Counted from the first letter of the whole stretch, positions 25,161-37,620 are shown. The stretch: 63,654 nucleotides of DNA, filler included, from Octopus bimaculoides (GCF_001194135.2; 3 parts of 3 records of this genome joined end to end with filler, not necessarily neighbours in it); one strand, 5' to 3'. Notes: generated by a model from the sequence alone, not told the origin. Made by a program: numbers and translations.

Positions 25161-25939
25161 TAGAAAAGGATACTGCTGTAAGATATGGTAATGACATATA
25201 AACATCTCATTGGCATTGATATATTGACTCTAAGGCAACAATATATTGACTCTAAGGGTGGGAAGAAATAAAGAAATGGATAATGCAAAAGATAAATAAA
25301 GCAAAAAAGAAACAGTGCAAAAGGCAAAGCTTGTATGTAAATGAAACTGCTTAACCGTGAATTCAAAGACAGATATGACTGACAACTTTAACACTTTGGT
25401 AACAAATACTGACTGGAGTTTCAAAACTGAAGATGATAGAGAAAAAATTAGTTTTGAGATGCAAATACATATATGTGTGTATATGTGTATATGCATGTAA
25501 GACATGTGTGTGTATTTGTGTGTGTAGTTGTGTGTGTGTGTGTATGTGTATTTGTGTGTGCGTCTGTGTGTGTGGGGGTCTGTTTACATTTGCACATCAC
25601 TGAAAACTGCACGGTAATGCTGTAATGTTGTCATTTCTCAAGATCATCTACTGGCTTTACTCCATCAAAGACATGGAAAATAAGAAACCTTTTGTTGAAA
25701 AAAGGTAATGGTCAGTGATAGGAAGGATATCTAGTTGTAATGCTCCAATAAACATTGTCTGACATTTGCAAGCATGCTATGGAAAGGGTTAAAATGATGA
25801 AGATAATGATGATGATAATATATATATATATACACATACCCACATACATATATATATTTATTCTTTTATGCATTTCAGCCCAAAGGTTGTGGTCATACCA
25901 CCAGTGTTATCACCTTTTCAATAGCCATTATTTTGTGAC

Positions 25940-26320
25940 GGCTTTTGGTGAAAGAGGGATATTGCTACCCGTTTTTTGAGCTTCTTGCTGTGATGTAGGT
26001 AAATTAGGAACCTTAGACAACAGGTCAAACTGTTTCTTGAAAGCATCTACTCCTACTTCATGTAGATCTCTCAGATGTTTTGGCAAGATATTAAATAACC
26101 ATGGGCCTTTGAATCCTAAGCTATTGCAGTACTTGACCCTCACTTTAGATGAGATGGTCAGGACCTTTGGAACAATGCGGTGACATCCAGTTCAGGAGCT
26201 AGTATAGCTCTTGATGTGAAATCTAGCGCCAACCCCTCCAGGATCTTCCATACATATATCACTGCATGTCTCTTCTGTCTTTGCTCCAGGAAGTAGAGTT
26301 GTAGCTGACACCGGCTTACG
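25940..26320 (-). mobile_element. CR1-like LINE 3' fragment
   Basis: RVKYCNSLGFKGPWLFNILPKHLRDLHEVGVDAFKKQFDLLSKVP matches the CR1-group C-terminus NSF..GP.LFN.LP..FK..LD. Confidence 0.75.
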
Positions 26321-26355
26321 CTTATATATATCTATATATATATATATACATACAT

Positions 26356-26880
<525 letters not shown>

Positions 26881-26896
26881 AAAGTGTGTGTGAAAT

Positions 26897-27728
26897 GGAC
26901 ACTGAACACAGCCCTTGTATAATTAAGCTTATGCACCATATAACTAGTTAGGCACAGAAGCTGTAGTATTTAATCATAAATATTATTCTTATTAAAATAT
27001 TAATACTAAATTAGTGTACATTATCTCATAAGCATTTTACAATGGGAATGGGAATCTGGCTGAAATTGAAACGAAATGAAAATTTCATGTGGCTGTAGCA
27101 ATTAAGATATTGAAGAAATGGAGGAATCCTGGATTCATTGACTAAGTCACATTTGAATATTAACAATAACAAAAACTTAGCTGTTGATTCAAGAAAGAGT
27201 GAACGAGCATGTGGTTGAAACAGCAACAAGAAATGCACAATATTACTCTTTTACTCTTTTACTCTTTTACTTGTTTCAGTCTTTTAACTGCGGCCATGCT
27301 GGAGCACCGCCTTTAGTCGAGCAAATCGACCCCAGGACTTATTCTTTAGAAGCCTAGTACTTATTCTATCGGTCTCTTTTGCCGAACCGCTAAGTTACGG
27401 GGACATAAACACACCAGCATCGGTTGTCAAGCGATGTTGGGGGGACAAACACAGACACACAAACACATACATACATATATATATATACATATATACGACG
27501 GGCTTCTTTCAGTTTCCGTCTACCAAATCCACTCACAAGGCTTTGGTCGGCCCGAGGCTATAGTAGAAGACACTTGCCCAAGATGCCACGCAGTGGGACT
27601 GAACCCGGGACCATGTGGTTGGTAAGCAAGCTACTTACCACACAGCCACTCCTATTAGGGAATGTATTTTAAATATATGAAAGGACGCTGAACGCAGCCC
27701 TTGTATAACTAAGCTTATGCACCATATA
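26897..27728 (+). repeat. 46-bp direct repeat pair (26897-26942, 27683-27728)
   Basis: GGACACTGAACACAGCCCTTGTATAATTAAGCTTATGCACCATATA vs GGACGCTGAACGCAGCCCTTGTATAACTAAGCTTATGCACCATATA. Confidence 0.85.
27243..27652 (-). mobile_element. SINE family A, full-length young copy
   Basis: Complete head (GGAGTGGCTGTGTGGTAAG..GGTTCAGTCCC), internal TA/CA repeat, CpG-retaining body, (GAGTAAAA)n tail. Confidence 0.95.
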
Positions 27729-27811
27729 TAGATATATATATAAATATATACATATATGGAGAGAGATACACACACACACACACACACACACAGATAGAAA
27801 GATAGATATGT

Positions 27812-27813
27812 AA

Positions 27814-27877
<64 letters not shown>

Positions 27878-27985
27878 GGTGGTGGTGGTGGTAGCAGTGG
27901 TGGCAGTGATGGTGGTGGTGGTTGTGGTGGTGGCAGTGGTGTTGGTGGGAATGATAGTAGTAGTAGTAGTAGCAGTAGCAGCACA
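27812..27985. repeat. Compound trinucleotide microsatellite (TAG)n(TGG)n
   Basis: Direct reading. Confidence 0.95.
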
Positions 27986-28164
27986 ATAGTAGTTGCAGTT
28001 ACAGAAGAAGATAGGGAAATAATGCTCTGCTGGGATATCACCTATATCACAGACTTATATCTATTCAATATTTAGATAACTCACGTCTCTATAGGGATGA
28101 AAAACGACCATAGAGTGTGATATTATTTACATATGTTCAGTGTAATCACATGTGCAAATCCTCC

Positions 28165-28178
28165 TCCTCCTCCTCCTC

Positions 28179-28252
<74 letters not shown>

Positions 28253-28422
28253 CATCATCATTATTTAATGTCCGCTTTCCATGCTAGCATGGGTTGGATG
28301 ATTTGACTGGGGACTGGTGAAACCAGATGGCTACACCAGACTCCAATCTGATCTGGCAGAGTTTCTACAGCTGGATGCCCTTCCTAACGCCAACCACTCT
28401 GAGAGTGTAGTGGGTGCTTTTT
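28165..28422 (-). mobile_element. RTE LINE 3'UTR with long (ATG)n tail
   Basis: (CAT)n 28165-28262, then TTTAATGTCCGCTTTCCATGCTAGCATGGGTTGG..CAGCTGGATGCCCTTCCTAACGCCAACC; cut by a gap. Confidence 0.9.
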
Positions 28423-28573
28423 NNNNNNNNNNNNNNNNNNNNNNNNNNNNNNNNNNNNNNNNNNNNTTAATTAATTAANNNNNNNNNNNNNNNNNNNNNN
28501 NNNNNNNNNNNNNNNNNNNNNNATATATATATATATATATATATATAAATAAGCCACAGGATATCAAGTAGTG

Positions 28574-28661
28574 ATGCAGTACAACCGTTTCAAGCGGCCC
28601 CATTTAACTGAACAATGCAATCATTATATTAATTTAAACTCAATACCATCTTCAGCTGCAC
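28574..28661 (-). ncRNA. Type I hammerhead-like ribozyme with long stem II (copy H2)
   Basis: Minus strand: GTGCAG-CTGAAGA-[~60 nt]-GAAA-C GGTT G-TA-CTGCAT; stem I TGCAG/CTGCA; GUA cleavage triplet. Confidence 0.6.
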
Positions 28662-29229
28662 AAATAAATAGATGAAATTTTAACAAGTAGGACGCATTAA
28701 TATAATTTTTCTCAAATATTTTAAGAGAGTAAGAACATGGAAGAAATTCATATTGTCGCTAGTATAGCTAAGAATAGACTACAACTTCTAAGAACCACAT
28801 GGAGCATAGTGGGTTCATAGGATTGTAAGGGTTGTAATTCATTTCTAATTCATTTATCCTTTTATCAACTACTAAATTTAAGACTAGAAGACTGTGAATA
28901 AAGAACAAGAGTGAGCTGAAAGATCATAGCTAGGTATGGTCATAAATATTATCATATGTATCCCTTTTCACCAAGGAGGAAATGAGACATTAGGATAAGT
29001 CAGTTGGATATAAGTAACTGTCTGTAAATAGAGGCAAGGTAGGGGTAGACTTTAAATTATGATGTTAATTACCAGTTAAAGGGGCCAGACGATAAGAAAC
29101 CTAAGATGTTAATACAGAGGATTTAGTCTAAAGAAGACTTACTTACATAAAGTCACTACAAATATAAATCATATACTCCCTAGAAACTATTAACTCATAC
29201 ATACAATAACACCTGTAACATTTATTTGC

Positions 29230-29321
29230 GCAGCTGAAGATGGCACTGCATTTAAATTGATGTAATGATTACACTATTGCATTGTTCAATTAAATGGAGC
29301 CGCTTGAAACAGTCGTACTGC
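29230..29321 (+). ncRNA. Type I hammerhead-like ribozyme with long stem II (copy H1)
   Basis: GCAG(29230-33)-CTGAAGA(29234-40)-65 nt hairpin-GAAA(29306-09)-C AGTC G-TA(29316-17)-CTGC. Confidence 0.6.
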
Positions 29322-29674
29322 ATCACTACTTGATATCCTGTTGCTTGTTATGATTTTATTCAACTTNNNNNNNNNNNNNNNNNNNNNNNNNNNNNNNNNN
29401 NNNNNNNNNNNNNNNNNNNNNNNNNNNNNNNNNNNNNNNNNNNNNNNNNNNNNNNNNNNNNNNNNNNNNNNNNNNNNNNNNNNNNNNNNNNNNNNNNNNN
29501 NNNNNNNNNNNNNNNNNNNNNNNNNNNNNNNNNNNNNNNNNNNNNNNNNNNNNNNNNNNNNNNNNNNNNNNNNNNNNNNNNNNNNNNNNNNNNNNNNNNN
29601 NNNNNNNNNNNNNNNNNNNNNNNNNNNNNNNNNNNNNNNNNNNNNNNNNNNNNNNNNNNNNNNNNNNNNNNNNN

Positions 29675-29699
<25 letters not shown>

Positions 29700-29705
<6 letters not shown>

Positions 29706-30200
29706 AAACAAAACATTTCGGAAATTGAACCACCAAAGAGGGCATTCACTAAAAGAATTAAGAGCAAGACTGATCTCGATTACTGGGACCGCCTTAAAGC
29801 ATTGAAACTCTGTTCTCTCCAGCGCCGCCGTGAACGATACATCATTTGTATGTTGTGGAGAATATACCACCAGCATTGCCCAAACGACCTCAACATTAGT
29901 TTCAGAATTCATCCAAGGCTAGGACCACGGGCTATAAGTCTCCTATCCAATTTAAAATCACGACACATAAATACACTGGAACACAATTTATTTTCCTCAA
30001 CAGGCCCTGCCCTGTTTAACATTGTGCCAAAACAGATCTTATAGAAAAAAGATCCCATAACCTTTAAACGGAATGTGGACAAATTTCTTCAAGGGATAAC
30101 AGATAAGCTACATATACCAGAATACCACTTACTCAACAAGAACTCCTTATTCGAACGGATTATGATACCACAAAACATGACATAAAAAGGACTTAGCAAA
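29700..30200 (+). mobile_element. CR1-like LINE 3' fragment
   Basis: KRAFTKRI..LDYWDRLKALKLCSLQRRRERYII..STGPALFNIVPKQI..TFKRNVDKFL. Confidence 0.85.
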
Positions 30201-30719
30201 TCCTGTCATGTGGTGCTATTAAGTTAGACAAGGCCTGGAGCAATCTTTGGCTGGAACACATCTAAGATATCTAAGTCAGCTAAGTTGCATGTATGTATGT
30301 ATGTATGTATGTATGTATGTATGTATGTATGTATGTATGTATGTATGTGTGTGTGTGCATGTATGTATGTATGTGTGTATGTATGTATGTACGTCGTGAT
30401 TAATAAATTCTCGTATATTCCATCTTCCGGGTTTCATTTGCCATATACATAACGATCACTGTGAAAGTGACCGTGCTTTATCAGTAAGCTTCCAGTATAT
30501 ATATATATATATNNNNNNNNNNNNNNNNNNNNNNNNNNNNNNNNNNNNNNNNNNNNNNNNNNNNNNNNNNNNNNNNNNNNNNNNNNNNNNNNNNNNNNNN
30601 NNNNNNNNNNNNAAATAGAAACTACACGTGGAAATGTAAGGGGAAAGTAAGAAGAAAATAAGCGAAAATGCACATTGGAAATCAAAAACAGTAAAGGGAA
30701 AAATTAGGAAATTAGGATT

Positions 30720-32560
30720 AAGATTCCTCGCACACTTTTCTGTGTCCACTGATCTGTATCTGTCTGCATTGTGGGTGGCGGATTTGTTCTTTCTGGAAAG
30801 TGGTTCTTCTACGGAGTGATATTCCTGTTTGGCCAATATAATTATTGCCACACTCTAAGCATGTAATGGCATAGATTAGATTTTCTGAGGCACAGGTGAA
30901 ATTTGATTTAATCTTAAATATTTCACCTTGTTTAAAGTGGAACTCTGAACCTTCCAAAAGGTGGGGGCAAGTACCACAGTTAGGTCGACCACATTTTTTC
31001 ACTTTTGGTTCTGTTGTTAATGGATATATTCTTGCGCTGGTTAATATTTTTTTCAATGATTTAAGTTGCATTTTACTTCTGATAATTTTGTGTGAGTTTA
31101 AAATTTTGTTCATCGTTTTATCTCTTGTGAGGATGGGTAGATTTTGGATGATAACGTTAAAGGCTTCGTTGTTTCTAGGGTGATGTGTGATGTACGGAAG
31201 TATTTTAAAGTCTGGTTTAGTATTTCAGTTGACTTCCCTTAATGTTTGTATGTCTATTTCCTTAGCTCGTTTGATTCCATCATTTATTAAAGATATTAGT
31301 TAATGTCTTTTGATTAGTATTGATCTGAGTTCAAGGAGTCTTCGTTCACAAGTATAGGAGTCCGAAACTATGGTACAGAGTCTTTTCGCTAGATTATAAG
31401 GTATATTAATTTTTATGTGTTTGGGGTGGATGAGTTGAATAATAGGTATTGTTTAGAATCTGTGGGTTTATAAAAGATGTCTGTTTCGATGTGGTTATTG
31501 ACTAATTTAATTAGGATGTCAAGAAAAGGGAGTTGTTAACTGCTGCGTTCCATGGTGAATTGTATGTTGCTATTAATATTGTTAAGCATTGTTTTGAAAT
31601 CGAGGAGTTTGTCCATGCTGTCTTTCCAAAGTATAAAGCAATCGTCCAGATACCTCTTCCAGTTCTCCTTTAAATAGCAATGAAAAGAGGTGCCATATTT
31701 TTGTAGTGATGATTGATATATTTTAAGCTCTTGGTAACCCATTACAAGGTTCGCAATTACTGGAGCAGCTCGGGTTCCCATTGCAATTCCACATTTTAGT
31801 CGAAAGTAAACTGTATCGAACATGAAATAGTTGTTCAGTAGAATGAATTTGAGAGCTGCGATTATGAATCTGTGGTTGATGCGTCCTGGGATCTCTTGTG
31901 GGTATTTTTCTAGCCAGAAGGTTATCGCTCCTATACCATAATCGTGTGGGATATTGGTGTACAAATTCACCACATCGAATGATACTAACAGGGTTCCTTC
32001 ATTTATTATCTTAGGGAGGTGGTTAAGTCATCCTTGATGAAGCTTTTCACATATTTTAGAAACGGTTTGAGTAAGATGTCGATGAAGTTGCTCAAACGGT
32101 GGGTTTCCCAAGCAGGGCCAGCAATAATAGGTTTCAGTTTGAGGTCAGTAGGGGGCGGAAAATTAGTGCATAGGCTTAGAGAAACTTTGCAAGCTTTACA
32201 AATATGTGTATTTTTGTGTATTTTAGGTAATCCGTAGAATAGACTAGGTCTGTATTTAAAATTGGATAAATAATCAATTTCATGTTTAGTGAGGCCCTTT
32301 CCATGTATTTGAAGTAAAGAGGATAAGTTTTTAAGTGTCTTCTGTGGGTTGTATTGTACTATCATCTCATAGTAAATATTATTTTCTAACATGGAAAGTA
32401 TTAACTTTTTGTAGTACTCTGTGTCCATCACCACTACCGCACTTCCTTTGTCGGCTTCTTTAATGGTGAGGTTTATATCATTTTTTAACTTGATTAGGTC
32501 TTTCCACTCATTTACATTAAGATTGGATTTAATTCGTTGTTTTTGTAGGGTATTAAAAGG
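30720..32560 (-). mobile_element. Penelope-like element, Neptune-type: RT plus GIY-YIG endonuclease, lightly decayed
   Basis: TIKEADKGSAVVVMD, FYGLPKIHK, LVSFDVVNLYTNIPH, GIAMGTRAAP, WKRYLDDCFILW, LPFLDI, CGRPNCGTC zinc motif, LIYAITCLECGNNYIGQTG. Confidence 0.95.
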
Positions 32561-32569
32561 AAAACTGGT

Positions 32570-32665
32570 AATGTGTTCACAAAAAGCATCAAGTGCTCAT
32601 AAACAAACACATCACCCGGTCTGAGATTCGAATCACGAGCCCGCTACTCTAAGCACTAGGCCATA
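32570..32665 (-). mobile_element. tRNA-derived SINE head (family C-like), truncating the PLE
   Basis: Minus strand GGCCTAGTGCTTAGAGT..GATTCGAATCTCAGACCGGGTGATGTG. Confidence 0.55.
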
Positions 32666-32689
32666 TATCTCATCATGTATATCTATATA

Positions 32690-32789
32690 CTAATATCCTG
32701 AATACATACATACAGATACACATATACGTATTCGTATATAGATATACAAATGCATATATGTGTATAGGTATCTGTATTCAGGATATTAG
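32690..32789. repeat. 100-bp MITE-like hairpin
   Basis: Perfect 17-bp inverted arms CTAATATCCTGAATACA (32690-32706) / TGTATTCAGGATATTAG (32773-32789). Confidence 0.75.
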
Positions 32790-32979
32790 ACAACAGAAAT
32801 ACGGATAGAGATAAATCACATCTTTAATTCTACAATTCACTATATAAAGCCGACAGTTGTTCTTGTGTCAACATATATAGAAATAGTGAATATAATTGAT
32901 ACATATATGAAATACACTGCTCATCGGAGCACTTCAATGCGGATTGGATTAAATGGAGAAGCAATACTTGGGCGTTTCT

Positions 32980-34005
32980 ACCAGGAATATACCTATTCCA
33001 TCCAATAACTTATATATGGAAGCTCATCTACATAAAACGAGCGAATTTATATCTAGACTTAGATGACGTGCCTTTTATTTTGATAAATCCAGAAACTCGA
33101 AGTGAAAAAATGAATGTATGAAAACCAGCACCGCAAATCAAGATGAATGTTCAGAATTCTATGATTTAAAATCATATAAGAATGCACCGCCAAATCCTGA
33201 TCTCGCCAAATTTGGATAGGATCAGTAAATACACATAATATAGGATCATCCCTGTTATACGAGAAAAGGCACTGTTGCCCTTATGAGAATCTACCAACTA
33301 CGTTATATATTGGTTTCACACGCTTAAATATAATGAGTCATCTTCTTTTATTCAATTTAATATATCCAATTACTATACCTTGATCGCCCCAATTTTATTG
33401 AATAAAGCCCGGAATTATGTTGAAATATCGGGTATAGATATTGAGATTATCCAAGCAGCTAGAATGACCCTGGTAAATTATGAAAAACAGCACTGATCTA
33501 AATCAGATTCCTTTAACTTCTTCGATATTACTATGGGATCCTCGGATCCGGCACAAATAACTGATATCGTTGGATTATTTCTATTGGACAAGATTAAGCG
33601 GCATTTTCCATCTCTCTTTGGAGGGATTTATAGGGATGATGCATTGTTTATTGTCTCTAATCATTCGAATCCTCAGATTGAGAGATTGAAGAAAGAGCTA
33701 AGGGAGTTTTTGAAGGACTTTTATAATCTGAACATTGTATACGAGAATAATCCTAAAGTAACAAATTTTTTGGATATCACTCTTGATCTTAATACTAACT
33801 TATACTACCGTTTTCGAAAACCAAATCAAACCTTCCAATACATCAATGTATTCTCCAATCATCCTAAATCAACCTTCAATAGCATTGTAACTACAATATT
33901 TATTAGAGTCTCAAACTTATCAGCTAATGAAAACATTTAAAATCAATATGCCCCTATCTATAATAATGCTTTAAAATTTAGCGGGTTTACTAATGATATT
34001 AAATA
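32980..34005 (+). mobile_element. Penelope-like element, Naiad/Chlamys-type RT remnant
   Basis: RNIPIPS..SEFISRLR*RAFYF, SFIQFNISNYY, FDITMGSSDPAQITDIVGLFLL, GGIYRDDAL, VTNFLDITLDL, YINVFSNHP; the FD.TMGS.D.A and YRDD signature is characteristic of this clade. Confidence 0.85.
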
Positions 34006-34339
34006 TTACTCTTTTACTCTTTTACATGTTTCAGTCATTTGACTGCGGCCATGNNNNNNNNNNTATATACACAATACAAAATTGAAAACAAAACTGACCA
34101 GCATCACGGATGATAAAAAAACAGATCTCGGATAAGAGAAACTCTCTAATCGATCCCCTAGAAGCTCACATTGAGTCGATAAAGACCAATATTTGTGCTG
34201 ATAAAATGAAGTTTAGCAATGATAGGAATAAAGGAGATAAAGTTGAAAATGAGTGTAATAACAATAAAAATAGTAATAAAAATAGAACTGATGTGGATAC
34301 CATGGATGATAAGTATAAAAACAGATGTAGAGATGGTAG

Positions 34340-34376
<37 letters not shown>

Positions 34377-35198
34377 NNNNNNNNNNNNNNNNNNNNNNNN
34401 NNNNNNNNNNNNNNNNNNNNNNNNNNNNNNNNNNNNNNNNNNNNNNNNNNNNNNNNNNNNNNNNNNNNNNNNNNNNNNNNNNNNNNNNNNNNNNNNNNNN
34501 NNNNNNNNNNNNNNNNNNNNNNNNNNNNNNNNNNNNNNNNNNNNNNNNNNNNNNNNNNNNNNNNNNNNNNNNNNNNNNNNNNNNNNNNNNNNNNNNNNNN
34601 NNNNNNNNNNNNNNNNNNNNNNNNNNNNNNNNNNNNNNNNNNNNNNNNNNNNNNNNNNNNNNNNNNNNNNNNNNNNNNNNNNNNNNNNNNNNNNNNNNNN
34701 NNNNNNNNNNNNNNNNNNNNNNNNNNNNNNNNNNNNNNNNNNNNNNNNNNNNNNNNNNNNNNNNNNNNNNNNNNNNNNNNNNNNNNNNNNNNNNNNNNNN
34801 NNNNNNNNNNNNNNNNNNNNNNNNNNNNNNNNNNNNNNNNNNNNNNNNNNNNNNNNNNNNNNNNNNNNNNNNNNNNNNNNNNNNNNNNNNNNNNNNNNNN
34901 NNNNNNNNNNNNNNNNNNNNNNNNNNNNNNNNNNNNNNNNNNNNNNNNNNNNNNNNNNNNNNNNNNNNNNNNNNNNNNNNNNNNNNNNNNNNNNNNNNNN
35001 NNNNNNNNNNNNNNNNNNNNNNNNNNNNNNNNNNNNNNNNNNNNNNNNNNNNNNNNNNNNNNNNNNNNNNNNNNNNNNNNNNNNNNNNNNNNNNNNNNNN
35101 NNNNNNNNNNNNNNNNNNNNNNNNNNNNNNNNNNNNNNNNNACACACACATATAAACACGCGCGCACACACACACACACACACGCATATATACATATA

Positions 35199-35234
<36 letters not shown>

Positions 35235-35501
35235 CATATGTGTGTATATGAATAGATATATGCATATATAGATAGATATACTTATGTCTTCTATTTGTTA
35301 TTTATTGCAGGGATTGGTTTACCACTACGCCGTCGCATCTCTGAAAGGTTCTGTATTTTGCTTAAGCTTGGAATTTAGTCTATTGGTTAGTTTTTGCGAA
35401 CTCCTATGTTACGGGGACGCAAACAAACCAATACCGGATGCCAAACGGTGGATCGGAGAGTAAACAAAATCGAAGACCTCATACATACGTACCTATATAC
35501 A

Positions 35502-35533
<32 letters not shown>

Positions 35534-35839
35534 CATTTATATGTGTCTAATTATATATGTTTATATAAATATGTGTGTCTATTTATATGTGTTTATAAAT
35601 ATATGCATAAATGCTCACAGAGGAGAGAGTAAGAGTGTGTGAGTATTATGTACCAAATCGGAAATTATTTTGCAGATCAATTTCAGAAAAACTATTACAG
35701 CAATTACATATTGCATGTGATCCTTACTAATTTCGTATACAGATGTCAAAAATTAATACTCTATGACTAATAAATTCTTCATGGAATTTAAGTTTCCATG
35801 AATCTGTTTACTTTAAAGAAACATATGATTGTACATATT

Positions 35840-35871
<32 letters not shown>

Positions 35872-36439
35872 TGTATGTATGTATGTATGTGTGAGTGTGT
35901 GTGCATATACATATATATATATNNNNNNNNNNNNNNNNNNNNNNNNNNNNNNNNNNNNNNNNNNNNNNNNNNNNNNNNNNNNNNNNNNNNNNNNNNNNNN
36001 NNNNNNNNNNNNNNNNNNNNNNNNNNNNNNNNNNNNNNNNNNNNNNNNNNNNNNNNNNNNNNNNNNNNNNNNNNNNNNNNNNNNNNNNNNNNNNNNNNNN
36101 NNNNNNNNNNNNNNNNNNNNNNNNNNNNNNNNNNNNNNNNNNNNNNNNNNNNNNNNNNNNNNNNNNNNNNNNNNNNNNNNNNNNNNNNNNNNNNNNNNNN
36201 NNNNNNNNNNNNNNNNNNNNNNNNNNNNNNNNNNNNNNNNNNNNNNNNNNNNNNNNNNNNNNNNNNNNNNNNNNNNNNNNNNNNNNNNNNNNNNNNNNNN
36301 NNNNNNNNNNNNNNNNNNNNNNNNNNNNNNNNNNNNNNNNNNNNNNNNNNNNNNNNNNNNNNNNNNNNNNNNNNNNNNNNNNNNNNNNNNNNNNNNNNNN
36401 NNNNNNNNNNNNATATATATATATATATATATATATATA

Positions 36440-36720
36440 GGTTATGAGCGAAGGTGGTGTCAATTAGATCCAGAGGTTTCAGGTAATGCCGAGTAAGTGC
36501 TGTGGATAGACCATAGCTAAGCTCTAAGTTCGGTGATTATGTGAATAATGTGTCCAACGTAGGTCATATATCAGCGTGTGAATATAAGGATTTCGTAATG
36601 AGATAAAAAACCAAGACTGTGTATAATATAGAACAGTTATAAATAAAAGGTCTCACAGCTGTTTCCAGGATATTCATTATATCCCTTCATCGGAGACGGT
36701 GTGAGAGGATGGTTAGGCAA
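36440..36720 (-). mobile_element. Inverted pLTR-like module at the 5' end of a PLE
   Basis: Contains an HHR motif and shares CAGCACTTACTCGG.ATTACCTG with 46620-47100; ends in (TA)n. Confidence 0.7.
36650..36697 (-). ncRNA. Minimal type I hammerhead motif, probably inactivated
   Basis: GTCT-CCGATGA-AGGGATAT AATGA ATATCCTG-GAAA-C AGCT G-TG-AGAC; triplet is GUG, not NUH. Confidence 0.65.
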
Positions 36721-36949
36721 TAGTTAGTTTAGATAAGATAGGATATAGAGAGTGAATGTAGGGATATTGTATTTGTAAATCCATTGTTTCGTCAGAATGG
36801 TATACATATAAGATTCCAATGCCTTGTGAGTAAAATCCAATAGTCTTTAAGATTGGTCATTGCATTTGTAAATCCATTATTAAGATTCCAATTCCCTATG
36901 AGTAAAATCCAACAGTCTTTGAAATTGGTCATTCCAAATACAGAGTTTA

Positions 36950-37525
36950 TACACAGTGTTATTGAATCAAGGGTTCTGTTTAAAGTTCTACTTATAGAAA
37001 AGGTACACAGCGTGCTATAGAAATACCCATACAACAATTTAGGGCAACCCAAGAAAGAGGAAAACAAGAACAGGTCATACTATTTATATTAACACACAAT
37101 CTGTGTCACCAAAATATCTTCAGCATTGCCAAAGCAAACTTACCGATCATTGCCCAAAATAATAAACTAAAGGATATATTCACGGATGGAGCTATGGCTC
37201 TAAGTAAAAGGCAGCCGAAAAAACATGAAACGATTATTAACAACGGCAAAATTTGACCTAAGCAACAATCATTCATTGTATCTAATTGCAATGATAATCG
37301 ATGTGGTACATGTCAGTTCATACATATCGGTCAATATATGAACAAAAAAAAACTGGGAGAATATTTGCAATTGCAAGTATGAATTGAAAAAGCAAAGATT
37401 TAATTTACCGCATCAAATGCTCGAATTTTGAAGAGATACATGTCGGTCAGACTGGAAATGCATTTTCGGAACGTTCCCGTGTGCACCGACAGCAAATTGG
37501 AGACCCTAATGTCTCTGTTGTCAAG
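36950..37525 (+). mobile_element. 5'-truncated Neptune-type PLE (linker plus GIY-YIG start)
   Basis: SKRQP(K)NMKRLLTTAKFD, CNDNRCGTC, DLIYRIKCSNFEEIHVGQTGNAFSERSRVHRQQI. Confidence 0.85.
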
Positions 37526-37569
37526 TAGTGGTGGTGGGAAAACACAAATACAAACACACACACGCACAC

Positions 37570-37620
<51 letters not shown>

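Noticed and set aside
27060-27135. VAVAIKILKK resembling kinase subdomain II
   Set aside because: Stops on both sides, no usable splice sites, and no other kinase motifs nearby
28467-28478. TTAATTAATTAA island inside Ns (also 55879-55890)
   Set aside because: Symmetric 44-N flanks and six-frame stops mark a synthetic linker
33060-33500. In-frame TGA codons in the Naiad remnant as selenocysteine
   Set aside because: Both TGAs fall at positions where Trp is expected (RLR*RAF, QH*SK), consistent with TGG>TGA decay; other disruptions are present and no SECIS was seen
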